Below, one piece after another: positions 25,264 through 33,327 of a stretch of 36,834 bases of DNA. The DNA lies in the IMG/VR virus record IMGVR_UViG_3300025890_000008; one strand, 5' to 3'. The translations under genes and the position numbers were made by a program. The DNA comes from a virus. How positions within the stretch are numbered: the first letter of the stretch is position 1; every line of letters begins with the position of its first letter. The notes beneath the pieces were generated by a model, which was given only the letters and a program-made list of their open reading frames with translations, was not told where the DNA came from and made no database searches.

Positions 25264-28200
25264 TGGCTGAAACTCAAGTTACATCTCCCTCTGGTGAAAT
25301 AATAACTGTTACTCATCCAGAAGGTGCTACTGATGAAGAAATTATTGCTTATGCTAGAAATAATTCTGCCTCTACTGCACAGTCGCAAGCTGTTACAGAA
25401 GAAGCCGAGCAGCCATTGCAACAAACTCAAGAACAAATTGATGCATTTAATCAAGAACAGATGGATGGTTTCAGTGCGCTTGAAAAATTAAAATATGAAT
25501 TTAGCACTACAGAATCGTTTTCGGAAAATGCTGACATTGCTCTTGAAGCCTGGATGCCAATTGGCAGAATAGATTTGTTTAATACTGAGGGTAAAGGACT
25601 CTACGCATCGCCTACGGAACTGTATGGCAATGACTTTATGGATTTAAATCAAGATCAAAGAAGAGAAAGAATCCAAGAGGTACGGTATCAAAATCAAGTC
25701 AAAAACTATCCTAAGCTGACTCAACTTGCAGAAGCAGGCGCGTCCACAGGTGCGCCAGGTTTTGTAGGCGCACTATCCGCTGCGTTAGTAGACCCAACAA
25801 CCCTTTCTCCTGTTGGAAAAGGCTATAAAGCAATGGCTGCAATAGGGGGATTAATTGGAAGCAGTTATGAGGCTGTTAGAGGTTTAGCAGAAGAAGGCAA
25901 AATTAATCCGGTAACAACTACAGCTTATGGCCTTGGCGGTGCTGTATTAACTCCAGCGTTAGTTAAAGCAGGAAGAACAGCAGCCCCAATAGTATCTAAA
26001 CAAGTATCACCTGCGCTAAATAAATTAAAAACTAGAATAAATGCTAAACGCAATCCAAAAAAATTTGCTACAGCAGAAGAAACTATGGACGCTATTAATA
26101 GCAAAATGATGGAGGTTAGAGCAGAAGGAATTGTAGATGACGAAGGTTTGCTATTGGCAGCATCTAAAAGATTGGGCTTGACTGGAGATGAGGTAGAAGA
26201 AGCAGTAATTAACTCAAATACTAAAATAGATATGCCGTGGGATCAAGAAGTAAATAAAGCTGTCTTGGAAGCCAAAGCAGCATTAAATTCTGCTGGGGCA
26301 GTCAATAATGATATAAAGCGCAAACTTATCACAACCACTATTAGAAAGGTTAAACAATACAGTCCTGAGATTGCGGGTAGATTGCAAAGATTTGAAAAAA
26401 ATTCATCTATTAAATCCGCAGAAATGATGCAAAGAATCAGACCATTTCAGATAATGTTTGGAAAATTGTCGAAAGATGTTCAGGAAGAAGTTACAAAGAG
26501 ATTAAAGAATAAAGATTGGCCTGGGGCTACCAAGCTTGCAGAAGACGCAGGAATTACTTCGATTACTACTAAAGGAATAATTCCTACGGGCAAAACAGGC
26601 AAAGGATCGTTTGTTGTAAATGACGGACAAAACAAATATGTAATGACTGTTAAAGAAACAATGGAGCAAACTAAAGCAGTGTTAAATGACATGCACATGT
26701 ATGCTGACGATGCGTTTAATGATGGTTTAAAATATCTTACGGGTCATTTTCCAAGGGGTAAGATTGATCGTCAAGGACTGTTACAAGCTTTAGGTAGCAA
26801 GCAAGAACCAATGTTTAAAGCAGCTTTAAAAAAAGAGGCAGCAAGATTAGAAAAATCAGTAGATGATTTAACTGAAGCTCAAAAAGACGCAGTATTTACA
26901 AATTTATTTGAAAGACCCGTTGGAAGTTCTGCTGTTGGTGGATTTAATTCTGGGAAACAAAGAATTTTAGAAACTTTAAATGATGATCTTCTACAATTTT
27001 ATTCTGATACCGCGCCTGCCGCTTTAGAAAGGTATATAAATCAAACCATTAATCATGTAGAAAAATATAAATTCTTTAAGGGTGTTAACGCCAAAGTTGG
27101 GAATAGAGAAAAGTTTAATATTTCTAGCAGCATTGGTAAGTTAACTAGAAAACTGCAAGCAGAAGGAAACTTCACAGGTGATCCAACTGAATTAGCTGAA
27201 ATTTTGAACATGAGATTTAATGCGGGAGAAAAATCCGCACATGCTTGGTTGCAGCATTTGCGATCATTTGCCAGCAGCCTGCTTCTTGGTAATCCCTTTG
27301 CTGCTTTTATTCAGTTTGCAGATCAACTTACTAATATTTATCGATACGGGGGCGATGGTGGGAAAGCAATGCTGCAAACTATTCTTGGAAAAAATGTACA
27401 AAATGTAAACGATTTTGGTTTAGCCAATTATGTAGCTACAGATTTATCGGATGTCAAAGGTTTCAGCAAGGCAATGCAAGATACACTGTTTAAGTATAGT
27501 GGGTTTAGAGCAGTAGATCGCTTTGGAAAAAATTCATTGTTGCAAGGAGCTTGGAATAAAGCAACTAGGCTAGTAAAGTCTGAGAAAGGATTAAAGAAAT
27601 TCAAAGAAGAATGGGGCAAAACATTTGGAGATGAATTTGATAGTCTGGTAAATGATTTAAAAGCAGGAAAAGTAACCGAAAATACCAAGTTATTATTGTG
27701 GAATGAATTGTCTGGATCACAACCCATTTCTCTTAGTGACATGCCCCAAGGTTATTTAGCCGCACCAAATGGAAGAATATTTTATCAGTTAAAATCTTTT
27801 ACTTTAAAACAGATACAGCTATTAAATGACAGTGTTGTTGATGAAGCAAGGAAAGGCAATTACAAAACAGCAGGAAAGAACGCCGTAGCTTATGGTCTGA
27901 TAGTTGGAGGTGGGCAGTCTATAGTACAAGAAGCCAGGAACGCTGCCAAAGGAAGAGGATTTGAGATAGATAGAATTCCTGATCATTTTACAAATTATGC
28001 GCTATCAATGATGGGGTCTTCCAAGTATAACCTAGAACAAATTGAAGATTTAAGACTTACTGATGCCATAACTAGCATGGTATCACCAGCAATTCTTTCT
28101 GTATCAGATTTTGTAGAAGATCAAGGACGGGCAATAACCGAACTAAGCGAAGAAGGCTATGATTGGTCTGCTATTGATAAAAAGAATTTTAGAAAATTCC

Positions 28201-28289
28201 CTGGTGTCGGAGACATGTACTATAATTTCTTTGGTGGAGGAATAGAAGACTTCCTAGAGCGAGAGGAAAGAGAGCGCAATAAAGACTAA
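25263..28289 (+). CDS. Large internal virion or DNA-ejection protein
   Basis: 1008-aa ORF, the last gene of the late arm, analogous in size and position to podovirus core proteins. No catalytic motif recognised. Confidence 0.6.
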   Translation: MAETQVTSPSGEIITVTHPEGATDEEIIAYARNNSASTAQSQAVTEEAEQPLQQTQEQIDAFNQEQMDGFSALEKLKYEFSTTESFSENADIALEAWMPIGRIDLFNTEGKGLYASPTELYGNDFMDLNQDQRRERIQEVRYQNQVKNYPKLTQLAEAGASTGAPGFVGALSAALVDPTTLSPVGKGYKAMAAIGGLIGSSYEAVRGLAEEGKINPVTTTAYGLGGAVLTPALVKAGRTAAPIVSKQVSPALNKLKTRINAKRNPKKFATAEETMDAINSKMMEVRAEGIVDDEGLLLAASKRLGLTGDEVEEAVINSNTKIDMPWDQEVNKAVLEAKAALNSAGAVNNDIKRKLITTTIRKVKQYSPEIAGRLQRFEKNSSIKSAEMMQRIRPFQIMFGKLSKDVQEEVTKRLKNKDWPGATKLAEDAGITSITTKGIIPTGKTGKGSFVVNDGQNKYVMTVKETMEQTKAVLNDMHMYADDAFNDGLKYLTGHFPRGKIDRQGLLQALGSKQEPMFKAALKKEAARLEKSVDDLTEAQKDAVFTNLFERPVGSSAVGGFNSGKQRILETLNDDLLQFYSDTAPAALERYINQTINHVEKYKFFKGVNAKVGNREKFNISSSIGKLTRKLQAEGNFTGDPTELAEILNMRFNAGEKSAHAWLQHLRSFASSLLLGNPFAAFIQFADQLTNIYRYGGDGGKAMLQTILGKNVQNVNDFGLANYVATDLSDVKGFSKAMQDTLFKYSGFRAVDRFGKNSLLQGAWNKATRLVKSEKGLKKFKEEWGKTFGDEFDSLVNDLKAGKVTENTKLLLWNELSGSQPISLSDMPQGYLAAPNGRIFYQLKSFTLKQIQLLNDSVVDEARKGNYKTAGKNAVAYGLIVGGGQSIVQEARNAAKGRGFEIDRIPDHFTNYALSMMGSSKYNLEQIEDLRLTDAITSMVSPAILSVSDFVEDQGRAITELSEEGYDWSAIDKKNFRKFPGVGDMYYNFFGGGIEDFLEREERERNKD

Positions 28290-28298
28290 CCTTTGACT

Positions 28299-28520
28299 TC
28301 AATGCAATAACTCTTCGCCTTTATTTTTTTCATCCAAAAACTTTAAGAATTGTTTTTTCATAAGTTCGTTCTGAGTAATAAATTCTGTCAGGTCTTCGAG
28401 CATAAACATTATTGTGCCTATGACGTTAACATCATGCCCTTCTAATGTGTGCAGCATATCACTGAGCCACTCATCAGCTTCTTCTGGCGTAACTAGCTGC
28501 ACATGTATTTCATTATCCAT
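28299..28520 (-). CDS. Hypothetical acidic protein (73 aa), last gene of the leftward arm
   Basis: ORF track. Its stop lies only 9 bp from the stop of the convergent late arm. Confidence 0.55.
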   Translation of the reverse strand: MDNEIHVQLVTPEEADEWLSDMLHTLEGHDVNVIGTIMFMLEDLTEFITQNELMKKQFLKFLDEKNKGEELLH

Positions 28521-28978
28521 TATTCGCCCAGCCTTTTCTTGTGTGTTTTAATCAGCTCTAAAAACTCTGCTAGTAACTCTTCGTAATCTGACTTGTATCG
28601 CTTAACTGCTTGCTTCTTCTTCGCGATCATCTCTTCTACAAATTCCCTGCCGTACATATCTTCCATCCACAACGTGTACTCCTGTGCAGCAGAGCCATGT
28701 CTCATGCCCCACATATTACAACCTGCACACTGAGGGTGTATGTTCTCTATCTCTAATGCCCAGTATGATGAATTGCCCTTGGGGATAAAGTGACCGCCCT
28801 GCATCTGACTGTAGTGCTTAGTCACACCGCATGAAACACAAGCGCAGTATCCGTTATCATCAGCAGCAGAGATACGTGCAAGCTTCTGAATAGCTCGATA
28901 ACATTCCTGGCGCAACATAGCACTGGTTTTAGTTTTTGGTTTAGACTTTCGTTTGCGCCTCTTAATTCTTAGCGACAT
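28520..28978 (-). CDS. ninG: NinG/Rap-like recombination endonuclease
   Basis: Basic N-terminus, then CACVSCG...GGHFIPKG...IHPQCAGCN, as in lambda NinG-family proteins. Confidence 0.7.
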   Translation of the reverse strand: MSLRIKRRKRKSKPKTKTSAMLRQECYRAIQKLARISAADDNGYCACVSCGVTKHYSQMQGGHFIPKGNSSYWALEIENIHPQCAGCNMWGMRHGSAAQEYTLWMEDMYGREFVEEMIAKKKQAVKRYKSDYEELLAEFLELIKTHKKRLGE

Positions 28979-29220
28979 TACTTCCAGAAGCCTGGGTTTG
29001 ACTTGTTATTTTGCCAGTAGCGGAGTGTTTTTTCTGCGCGAATTTGATCTTCTTTGCTCATCTTGTCATATCGAAGCTTAATTAAACCGACACTAAATAA
29101 GAATGAAGTGATTGGATATACTTTGCGAATAGCTACCACATCATCAGGCTGCTTGTAATGATCTTTGCTTTCTTCCCAATCTTCTGGCATATAGTCCATA
29201 AAATTTATTGGCTTAACCAT
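28978..29220 (-). CDS. Hypothetical protein (80 aa)
   Basis: ORF track. Shares 1 nt with the next gene. Confidence 0.55.
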   Translation of the reverse strand: MVKPINFMDYMPEDWEESKDHYKQPDDVVAIRKVYPITSFLFSVGLIKLRYDKMSKEDQIRAEKTLRYWQNNKSNPGFWK

Positions 29221-29534
29221 TCCTGCACTTCTCCCGCCGACTCTTCTGCTTCAAAATAATTCAACATTAGTTCGGGCGCACATTCAACTTGCAAGGTTAC
29301 TGTTTGCCTTTGTACATCATACGTGAATATAGGGTTTTGACGCAATGTGGTACAGCGCATGCCATGAAACTCAAACTCAGGACGCACAGGCTCTGCAACA
29401 GCAGTTGGTTCTTCAACAGGCGTGGGCAAGAAGCGTTCGTAAGCAAAGAACACTACCAGGCTGCTAACAATGACCAGAAAAGACACAAACAACGTGATGG
29501 TTAGCAATGGGTTATCTAGATTAGTTTTCTTCAT
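29205..29534 (-). CDS. Membrane-anchored hypothetical protein
   Basis: I chose the ATG at 29534 (GGAG 9 nt upstream) over the TTG at 29549. The N-terminal transmembrane segment is LLTITLFVSFLVIVSSLVVFFAY. Confidence 0.55.
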   Translation of the reverse strand: MKKTNLDNPLLTITLFVSFLVIVSSLVVFFAYERFLPTPVEEPTAVAEPVRPEFEFHGMRCTTLRQNPIFTYDVQRQTVTLQVECAPELMLNYFEAEESAGEVQEWLSQ

Positions 29535-29736
29535 GTGAGTCATCTCCAAGAGAATACACAGAATTCATGTCCATGTTTAGCTCATCGCATATTTCTTTAA
29601 AACGCCGAACAGTCATGCCGCTTTGCGATAATGCGTGACAGTAATTAGCTGCACTGATGTCCAGAGCCTTCGCGACAGTCGTGTGTCTAATGTTAGTAAT
29701 TACATGGGCTTTTCTAATTGCCTTACCTATATGCAT
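29521..29736 (-). CDS. Small HTH DNA-binding protein
   Basis: IRHTTVAKALDISAANYCHALSQSGMTVRRFKEICDEL has an XRE/Cro-like helix-turn-helix pattern. Confidence 0.6.
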   Translation of the reverse strand: MHIGKAIRKAHVITNIRHTTVAKALDISAANYCHALSQSGMTVRRFKEICDELNMDMNSVYSLGDDSHEEN

Positions 29737-29767
29737 AACAACTCCTAAATCGTGCTTTTAAAGTAGC

Positions 29768-30175
29768 TCAACGTGAGCTTGGAAAATCCACATAAACATT
29801 ATGTTTCTCGGACATGTGCCTACTTAAAGTTAGATACACTGCGTTAACTTCCTTCGGAGAAAGATCAGATGTTTTTGTTTTGCTAAACATAATATCTTGG
29901 ATCGGAACCCATAGATGTTTTTTAGCTGACGGTTGCGTCCAAGGGATTTCTACAGATGGCTTTAAAACTGCTCTCATATCCAGCCCAGCATCACACAAAG
30001 CCTGTGCCAGCCATTCACAATATAGATGCAAGGAAGAGTTTTGCTTTTGAGTTCGTTTCCCTTCTGGCAATTTCTGTAAATTAACAATACCTCCGTTAGG
30101 GCAACCCGACAAAAAGCTACGAGATTCATTATTAACTGGAAGCAATGCCCCATTGATTAGTTTAAATTCCATCAT
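29768..30175 (-). CDS. ninB: NinB/Orf-like recombination mediator
   Basis: KRTQKQNSSLHLYCEWLAQAL (R-x-x-x-QN...H motif) and the protein size match lambda NinB-family proteins. AGGAG lies upstream of the ATG. Confidence 0.55.
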   Translation of the reverse strand: MMEFKLINGALLPVNNESRSFLSGCPNGGIVNLQKLPEGKRTQKQNSSLHLYCEWLAQALCDAGLDMRAVLKPSVEIPWTQPSAKKHLWVPIQDIMFSKTKTSDLSPKEVNAVYLTLSRHMSEKHNVYVDFPSSR

Positions 30176-30200
30176 CCGCTCCTAGCTTATCCTCGGGGTG

Positions 30201-30381
30201 GCTAGCCTAGCTCCATTAATTCCATAGGGCTTTTCGGCTCTGGCGGCGCTACATAGCCATGCTTTGCGGCATATAACAATGCGCTATCTCTAGCAGATTG
30301 CCGAATTGCCTTTACTGTCTCTAGTAGCTTTTTGTCATCAATTCCATGCTGTCTAAATAACATATCTAATTCATCTTCCAT
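30201..30381 (-). pseudogene. Frame-interrupted small ORF: 9 codons from an SD-ATG, then TAG, then 50 more open codons in the +1 frame
   Basis: GGAG lies 8 nt upstream of the ATG at 30381. The first frame reads MEDELDMVI*. The +1 frame continues RQHGIDDKKLLETVKAIRQSARDSALLYAAKHGYVAPPEPKSPMELMELG* with no start codon of its own. Without this ORF there would be a 255-bp gap in a tightly packed operon. Confidence 0.3.
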
Positions 30382-30409
30382 TCTAACTCTCCATATAATC
30401 AGTCAAGAT

Positions 30410-30425
30410 GGGGGCTTGCGCCCCC
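30410..30425 (-). terminator. GC hairpin with a GCAA tetraloop just after the SSB-like gene
   Basis: gggggc-ttgc-gccccc. On the minus strand it reads GGGGGC-GCAA-GCCCCC. No U tract follows. Confidence 0.35.
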
Positions 30426-30431
30426 GTTAAA

Positions 30432-30677
30432 TTAAAAGGGTACATCTTCTGCTGAGATTTCAGGAGATGCAGGTAAACCATTAGACTTTGCTGCATCTTT
30501 AGCCTTGACCGACAGACTCATGTAAGCTTTGCCAGCTTGCGATTCCTTTAACCATGCATTGAGATAGAACTCTTTCCCATCTACGTTAATTGTGCCGTTG
30601 TAATCGGAGTGAGTTGGCTGCTCTTTCCTTTCGTTTTTAAACAGCGCACCTCGGTTAGTGTTATCGTAATCACTCAT
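30432..30677 (-). CDS. SSB-like miniprotein with an acidic C-terminal tail ending DVPF
   Basis: 81-aa ORF. It contains GALFKNERKEQPTHSDYNGTINVDGKEFYLNAWLKESQAGKAYMSLSVK and ends ISAEDVPF. It lies between the exonuclease and NinB genes. Confidence 0.6.
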   Translation of the reverse strand: MSDYDNTNRGALFKNERKEQPTHSDYNGTINVDGKEFYLNAWLKESQAGKAYMSLSVKAKDAAKSNGLPASPEISAEDVPF

Positions 30678-30686
30678 TTAAATCTC

Positions 30687-31286
30687 CTAATCCCAAAATT
30701 TAATGATATTATCATTGATTGAATTGACCGCCCTGGACACGCACTCTTCCAGTTTGGCTATGTATTCCTCATCACGCTCAACGCGAACGATCAAAGGTTT
30801 CATGCCAGGATGATAAGAAAAGAAATCCCACCAATCACGCTCCGTTACCCATAGACAGCCCATTACTTGCTGTTTATATTTCAAGGGCAGTATGCCATCC
30901 CTCAAGTAACCTACGTGTGTTGCTCCAGCAGGACATTTTATTTCCAACCCTCCCGATTCGCCTACCAATCCGTCTGGTGAACAACCAGCAGCGATTGTTT
31001 CGTGTAGACAGAAACCGACTTCCTCAACTTCTACATCTTGCAGTACACAATACAGGTCACGCGCTTCAGGTTCTAACTCAGTACCGCGAAGCATGTGATC
31101 ATTTTGATAAAACGGAGTTTGCTCTCCAGTTAGTTCTTCTGCTACCAGTTGATTGATGTAGCTGTCAGCTTGCGTAGACCAGACACCTTTGGATGTGCAT
31201 AGCTTAGAGAACATAGACGCGCTAGGGCATCCTAATCTAGACTCAATCCAACCTGGAGTACCTTGCTCATGCTTACAAATTCTCAT
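30687..31286 (-). CDS. YqaJ-type (lambda Exo-like) recombination exonuclease
   Basis: GTPGWIESRLG...SASMFSKL, GTELEPEARDLY and SPDGLV...GGLEIKCP give a PD-(D/E)xK pattern typical of YqaJ viral recombinases. Confidence 0.75.
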   Translation of the reverse strand: MRICKHEQGTPGWIESRLGCPSASMFSKLCTSKGVWSTQADSYINQLVAEELTGEQTPFYQNDHMLRGTELEPEARDLYCVLQDVEVEEVGFCLHETIAAGCSPDGLVGESGGLEIKCPAGATHVGYLRDGILPLKYKQQVMGCLWVTERDWWDFFSYHPGMKPLIVRVERDEEYIAKLEECVSRAVNSINDNIIKFWD

Positions 31287-31675
31287 AGATCATCCTTATT
31301 GCACTTGGGGCTTTGGCATTTCATCTTGTAGAAACTTAGTAACACGCCTGAACATTTGCTGCACTCTCGCGTTCCAGTATCGTAGTCACTAGATCGAATG
31401 ACGCGACCGCCATCTCTCTTATCACCCCGATAGAAAACGTGTCCAGCTTTTTCTAGTTCGTTGGGTCGGCTAGTAATTGAGCTAGACTGAATGTGCGGGT
31501 GCGCTTGCGTCATCTCTTTGATGGTAATGCCTTCTTTGCCAGAAGAATTTATTAAATCAAATACAAACTTTCGCATTTTCCCAGTTGGTGCTGCTGTAGC
31601 TGCATCCTTAGAAGTCTGCGGATCGCTAGTCCTGGACAGCTTGTGAGGTGGCGTGTCATCGAATAGATCATCCAT
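31283..31675 (-). CDS. Winged-helix-like DNA-binding protein with a C-terminal Cys pair
   Basis: GITIKEMTQAHPHIQSSSITSRPNELEKAGHV plus CSKCSG...CQSPKC. Confidence 0.5.
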   Translation of the reverse strand: MDDLFDDTPPHKLSRTSDPQTSKDAATAAPTGKMRKFVFDLINSSGKEGITIKEMTQAHPHIQSSSITSRPNELEKAGHVFYRGDKRDGGRVIRSSDYDTGTRECSKCSGVLLSFYKMKCQSPKCNKDDL

Positions 31676-31916
31676 TTAACATCTCCCTTCTTGCTTTATT
31701 TTGCTCTTTATTTAATTTCAATCTTGCTTTGTCATACTCTTCCTGCAAGTCATAAATCCAATCGGACAACACATCCAGTTTCAAGAGTGAATTTTCATAG
31801 TTAAACTCAGGGGTGAGGCTGATACTGCCTTCGCCGCATTCATAGTTAGCCATTAAATCACCAGCTTTCATCACTGTTAGCTTTTCTTTACCAATGGGAG
31901 GGTACTGACTAGCCAT
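31668..31916 (-). CDS. Hypothetical protein (82 aa)
   Basis: The internal ATG at 31916 has AAGGGGGA upstream. The longer 132-aa version would overlap the Erf gene by 140 nt. Confidence 0.55.
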   Translation of the reverse strand: MASQYPPIGKEKLTVMKAGDLMANYECGEGSISLTPEFNYENSLLKLDVLSDWIYDLQEEYDKARLKLNKEQNKARREMLNG

Positions 31917-31926
31917 GTCTTCCCCC

Positions 31927-32496
31927 TTACGCAGATGCCATCTGTTTAATTTCAGACAGCATTTCTGGGCTGACCTTGTATTTCTTTTTAAGAGATGACA
32001 CAACCTGATTGACTGTTTTCTCTTTGCTGTCAATCTGACCTTGCATAGCACCGCGCCACTTCTCAAGCTCTATCTCTGTAAACCAAGGCTTCTCAGTTTC
32101 GGTTGAGTCTTCTTTAGTATTGTCTCGCGAGTCTGCATCCTTGCCATCATCGATAGCAAACAGACCATTGAGAGCGTACTTCCTGGCGTAACTAGAGGTA
32201 GCTCCGGTGATTTGGCTAACGTCCATGCCCTTCCTGCTGTCAGCCTCTCTCGCGTAGCCTGTAGCTTCTGCGACAAAATTATTGTCAATTGTCCTCACAA
32301 CAGCGGTGGCCTTGATGTAATATCTATCGCCGATATATTCCAAAGAATCACTAATTGTTAGATACATCTCGGCTTCTGCTAACAAAGGTTTAACAGACTC
32401 TAAAATATCTTCTGCTGACCTGTAGTTATAATTACCAAATGCATTTCTCTGGCCTTTCTTGGCTTTTAACTTCTGCTGAATATTTATTATGCTCAT
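31927..32496 (-). CDS. erf: ERF-family single-strand annealing protein
   Basis: FGNYNYRSAEDILESVKPLL...ATGYAREADSRKGMDVSQITGATSSYARKYALNGLFAIDD matches the Erf superfamily pattern. Confidence 0.75.
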   Translation of the reverse strand: MSIINIQQKLKAKKGQRNAFGNYNYRSAEDILESVKPLLAEAEMYLTISDSLEYIGDRYYIKATAVVRTIDNNFVAEATGYAREADSRKGMDVSQITGATSSYARKYALNGLFAIDDGKDADSRDNTKEDSTETEKPWFTEIELEKWRGAMQGQIDSKEKTVNQVVSSLKKKYKVSPEMLSEIKQMASA

Positions 32497-32663
32497 ACTT
32501 CTGGCTCCTGTTGTTCTATCTGCAAAGATGTTAGGTATAGATCAAACCAAGCATTTCGATAAGATTCCCAGGCTTCTGATCCAGGCTTATAGGTATTTTC
32601 CTCACTGCCATCTCGCCAATCCCATTGGGCTTTGGCTTTAGCTTGACTTAAAGAGTTATCCAT
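32493..32663 (-). CDS. Hypothetical Trp-rich miniprotein (56 aa)
   Basis: Hand translation: MDNSLSQAKAKAQWDWRDGSEENTYKPGSEAWESYRNAWFDLYLTSLQIEQQEPEV*. GAGGGG lies 6 nt upstream. TAATG and ATGA overlaps with its neighbours. Confidence 0.5.
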   Translation of the reverse strand: MDNSLSQAKAKAQWDWRDGSEENTYKPGSEAWESYRNAWFDLYLTSLQIEQQEPEV

Positions 32664-32941
32664 TATTGACCCCTCTTGAAGCTAGCGGCCTCATCAGACT
32701 CTTGTTGAGTCATTTCAAACTGCATATCTGATTGATATTCCTCATAAAATTCTTCAACCTCTAGCTGAATCGCATCGCGAATCATCGAGCCAAATGTTTC
32801 ATTTAGCTTAGATGGATTGACAGAGATTGGTGCAGAAAGCAGAGTCACAATAGAAGCCAAGCAGTCTTGCAGAGCTTCGGATTGCGAAAGAGGTACGGGT
32901 GATTCGGAGTTGTAAAGATCGATGTGTTCTTTGATGTTCAT
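32663..32941 (-). CDS. Hypothetical acidic protein (92 aa), first gene after a consensus-like promoter
   Basis: ORF track. GGGAGGA lies upstream of the ATG. Confidence 0.6.
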   Translation of the reverse strand: MNIKEHIDLYNSESPVPLSQSEALQDCLASIVTLLSAPISVNPSKLNETFGSMIRDAIQLEVEEFYEEYQSDMQFEMTQQESDEAASFKRGQ

Positions 32942-32967
32942 AGTGCATCCTCCCAGACGTTGATAAA

Positions 32968-32997
32968 ATAATAATCGCTAACAATTGTTGCTGTCAA
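32968..32997 (-). promoter_or_regulatory. Leftward sigma70-like promoter
   Basis: On the minus strand: TTGACA (32997-32992), a 17-18 nt spacer, then TTATTA or TATTAT (about 32974-32968). The 10-bp palindrome aacaattgtt (32980-32989) sits in the spacer. Confidence 0.5.
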
Positions 32998-33016
32998 CAA
33001 TAATCTTAGATATATT
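32988..33016 (+). promoter_or_regulatory. Rightward promoter for the lone plus-strand gene
   Basis: TTGCTG (32988-32993), a 17-nt spacer, then TATATT (33011-33016). AGGAG lies 6 nt before the ATG at 33049. Confidence 0.45.
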
Positions 33017-33048
33017 TATATGAATTTCTAATTAACCAGGAGAAAGTT

Positions 33049-33285
33049 ATGCCAGTAAGCACATATAAGTTAAAAATAGGTGGCAGTTACTGCCGCTGCT
33101 CTGCCTGTGGAGAGGTGTTCTCAGGCATTACAGGTTTTGACATGCATAGGGTAGGGGCATATGACGAAACGCGCTCCTGCACCCCCCTACAAGGCTCTGA
33201 GGTGACTATGTTAAGCCCAACAGGGAAGGAACAGACATTTACATTAGAGCATTCAGCTCGCGGGTCTTATTGGCGGCTCAGATAA
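33049..33285 (+). CDS. FDXHR-type putative zinc-binding protein
   Basis: CRCSACGEVFSGITGFDMHR contains the C-x-x-C...F-D-x-H-R signature. It is the only plus-strand gene inside the leftward arm. Confidence 0.6.
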   Translation: MPVSTYKLKIGGSYCRCSACGEVFSGITGFDMHRVGAYDETRSCTPLQGSEVTMLSPTGKEQTFTLEHSARGSYWRLR

Positions 33286-33288
33286 TCC

Positions 33289-33327
33289 GGACAAATTTTT
33301 ATAAAACTTGTCCTTTTATTTATTTTT
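33289..33327 (+). terminator. Rho-independent terminator
   Basis: ggacaa-(atttttataaaac)-ttgtcc hairpin followed by ttttatttattttt. Confidence 0.6.

Noticed and set aside
28289-28299. Expected bidirectional terminator at the convergence of the two arms
   Set aside because: Only 9 bp separate the two stop codons. I could find no inverted repeat spanning the junction, so no terminator is called.
31917-32066. Upstream extension of the 31668..32066 ORF (132-aa version)
   Set aside because: It would overlap the Erf gene by 140 nt. The internal ATG at 31916 has a strong AAGGGGGA ribosome-binding site placed just after the Erf stop.
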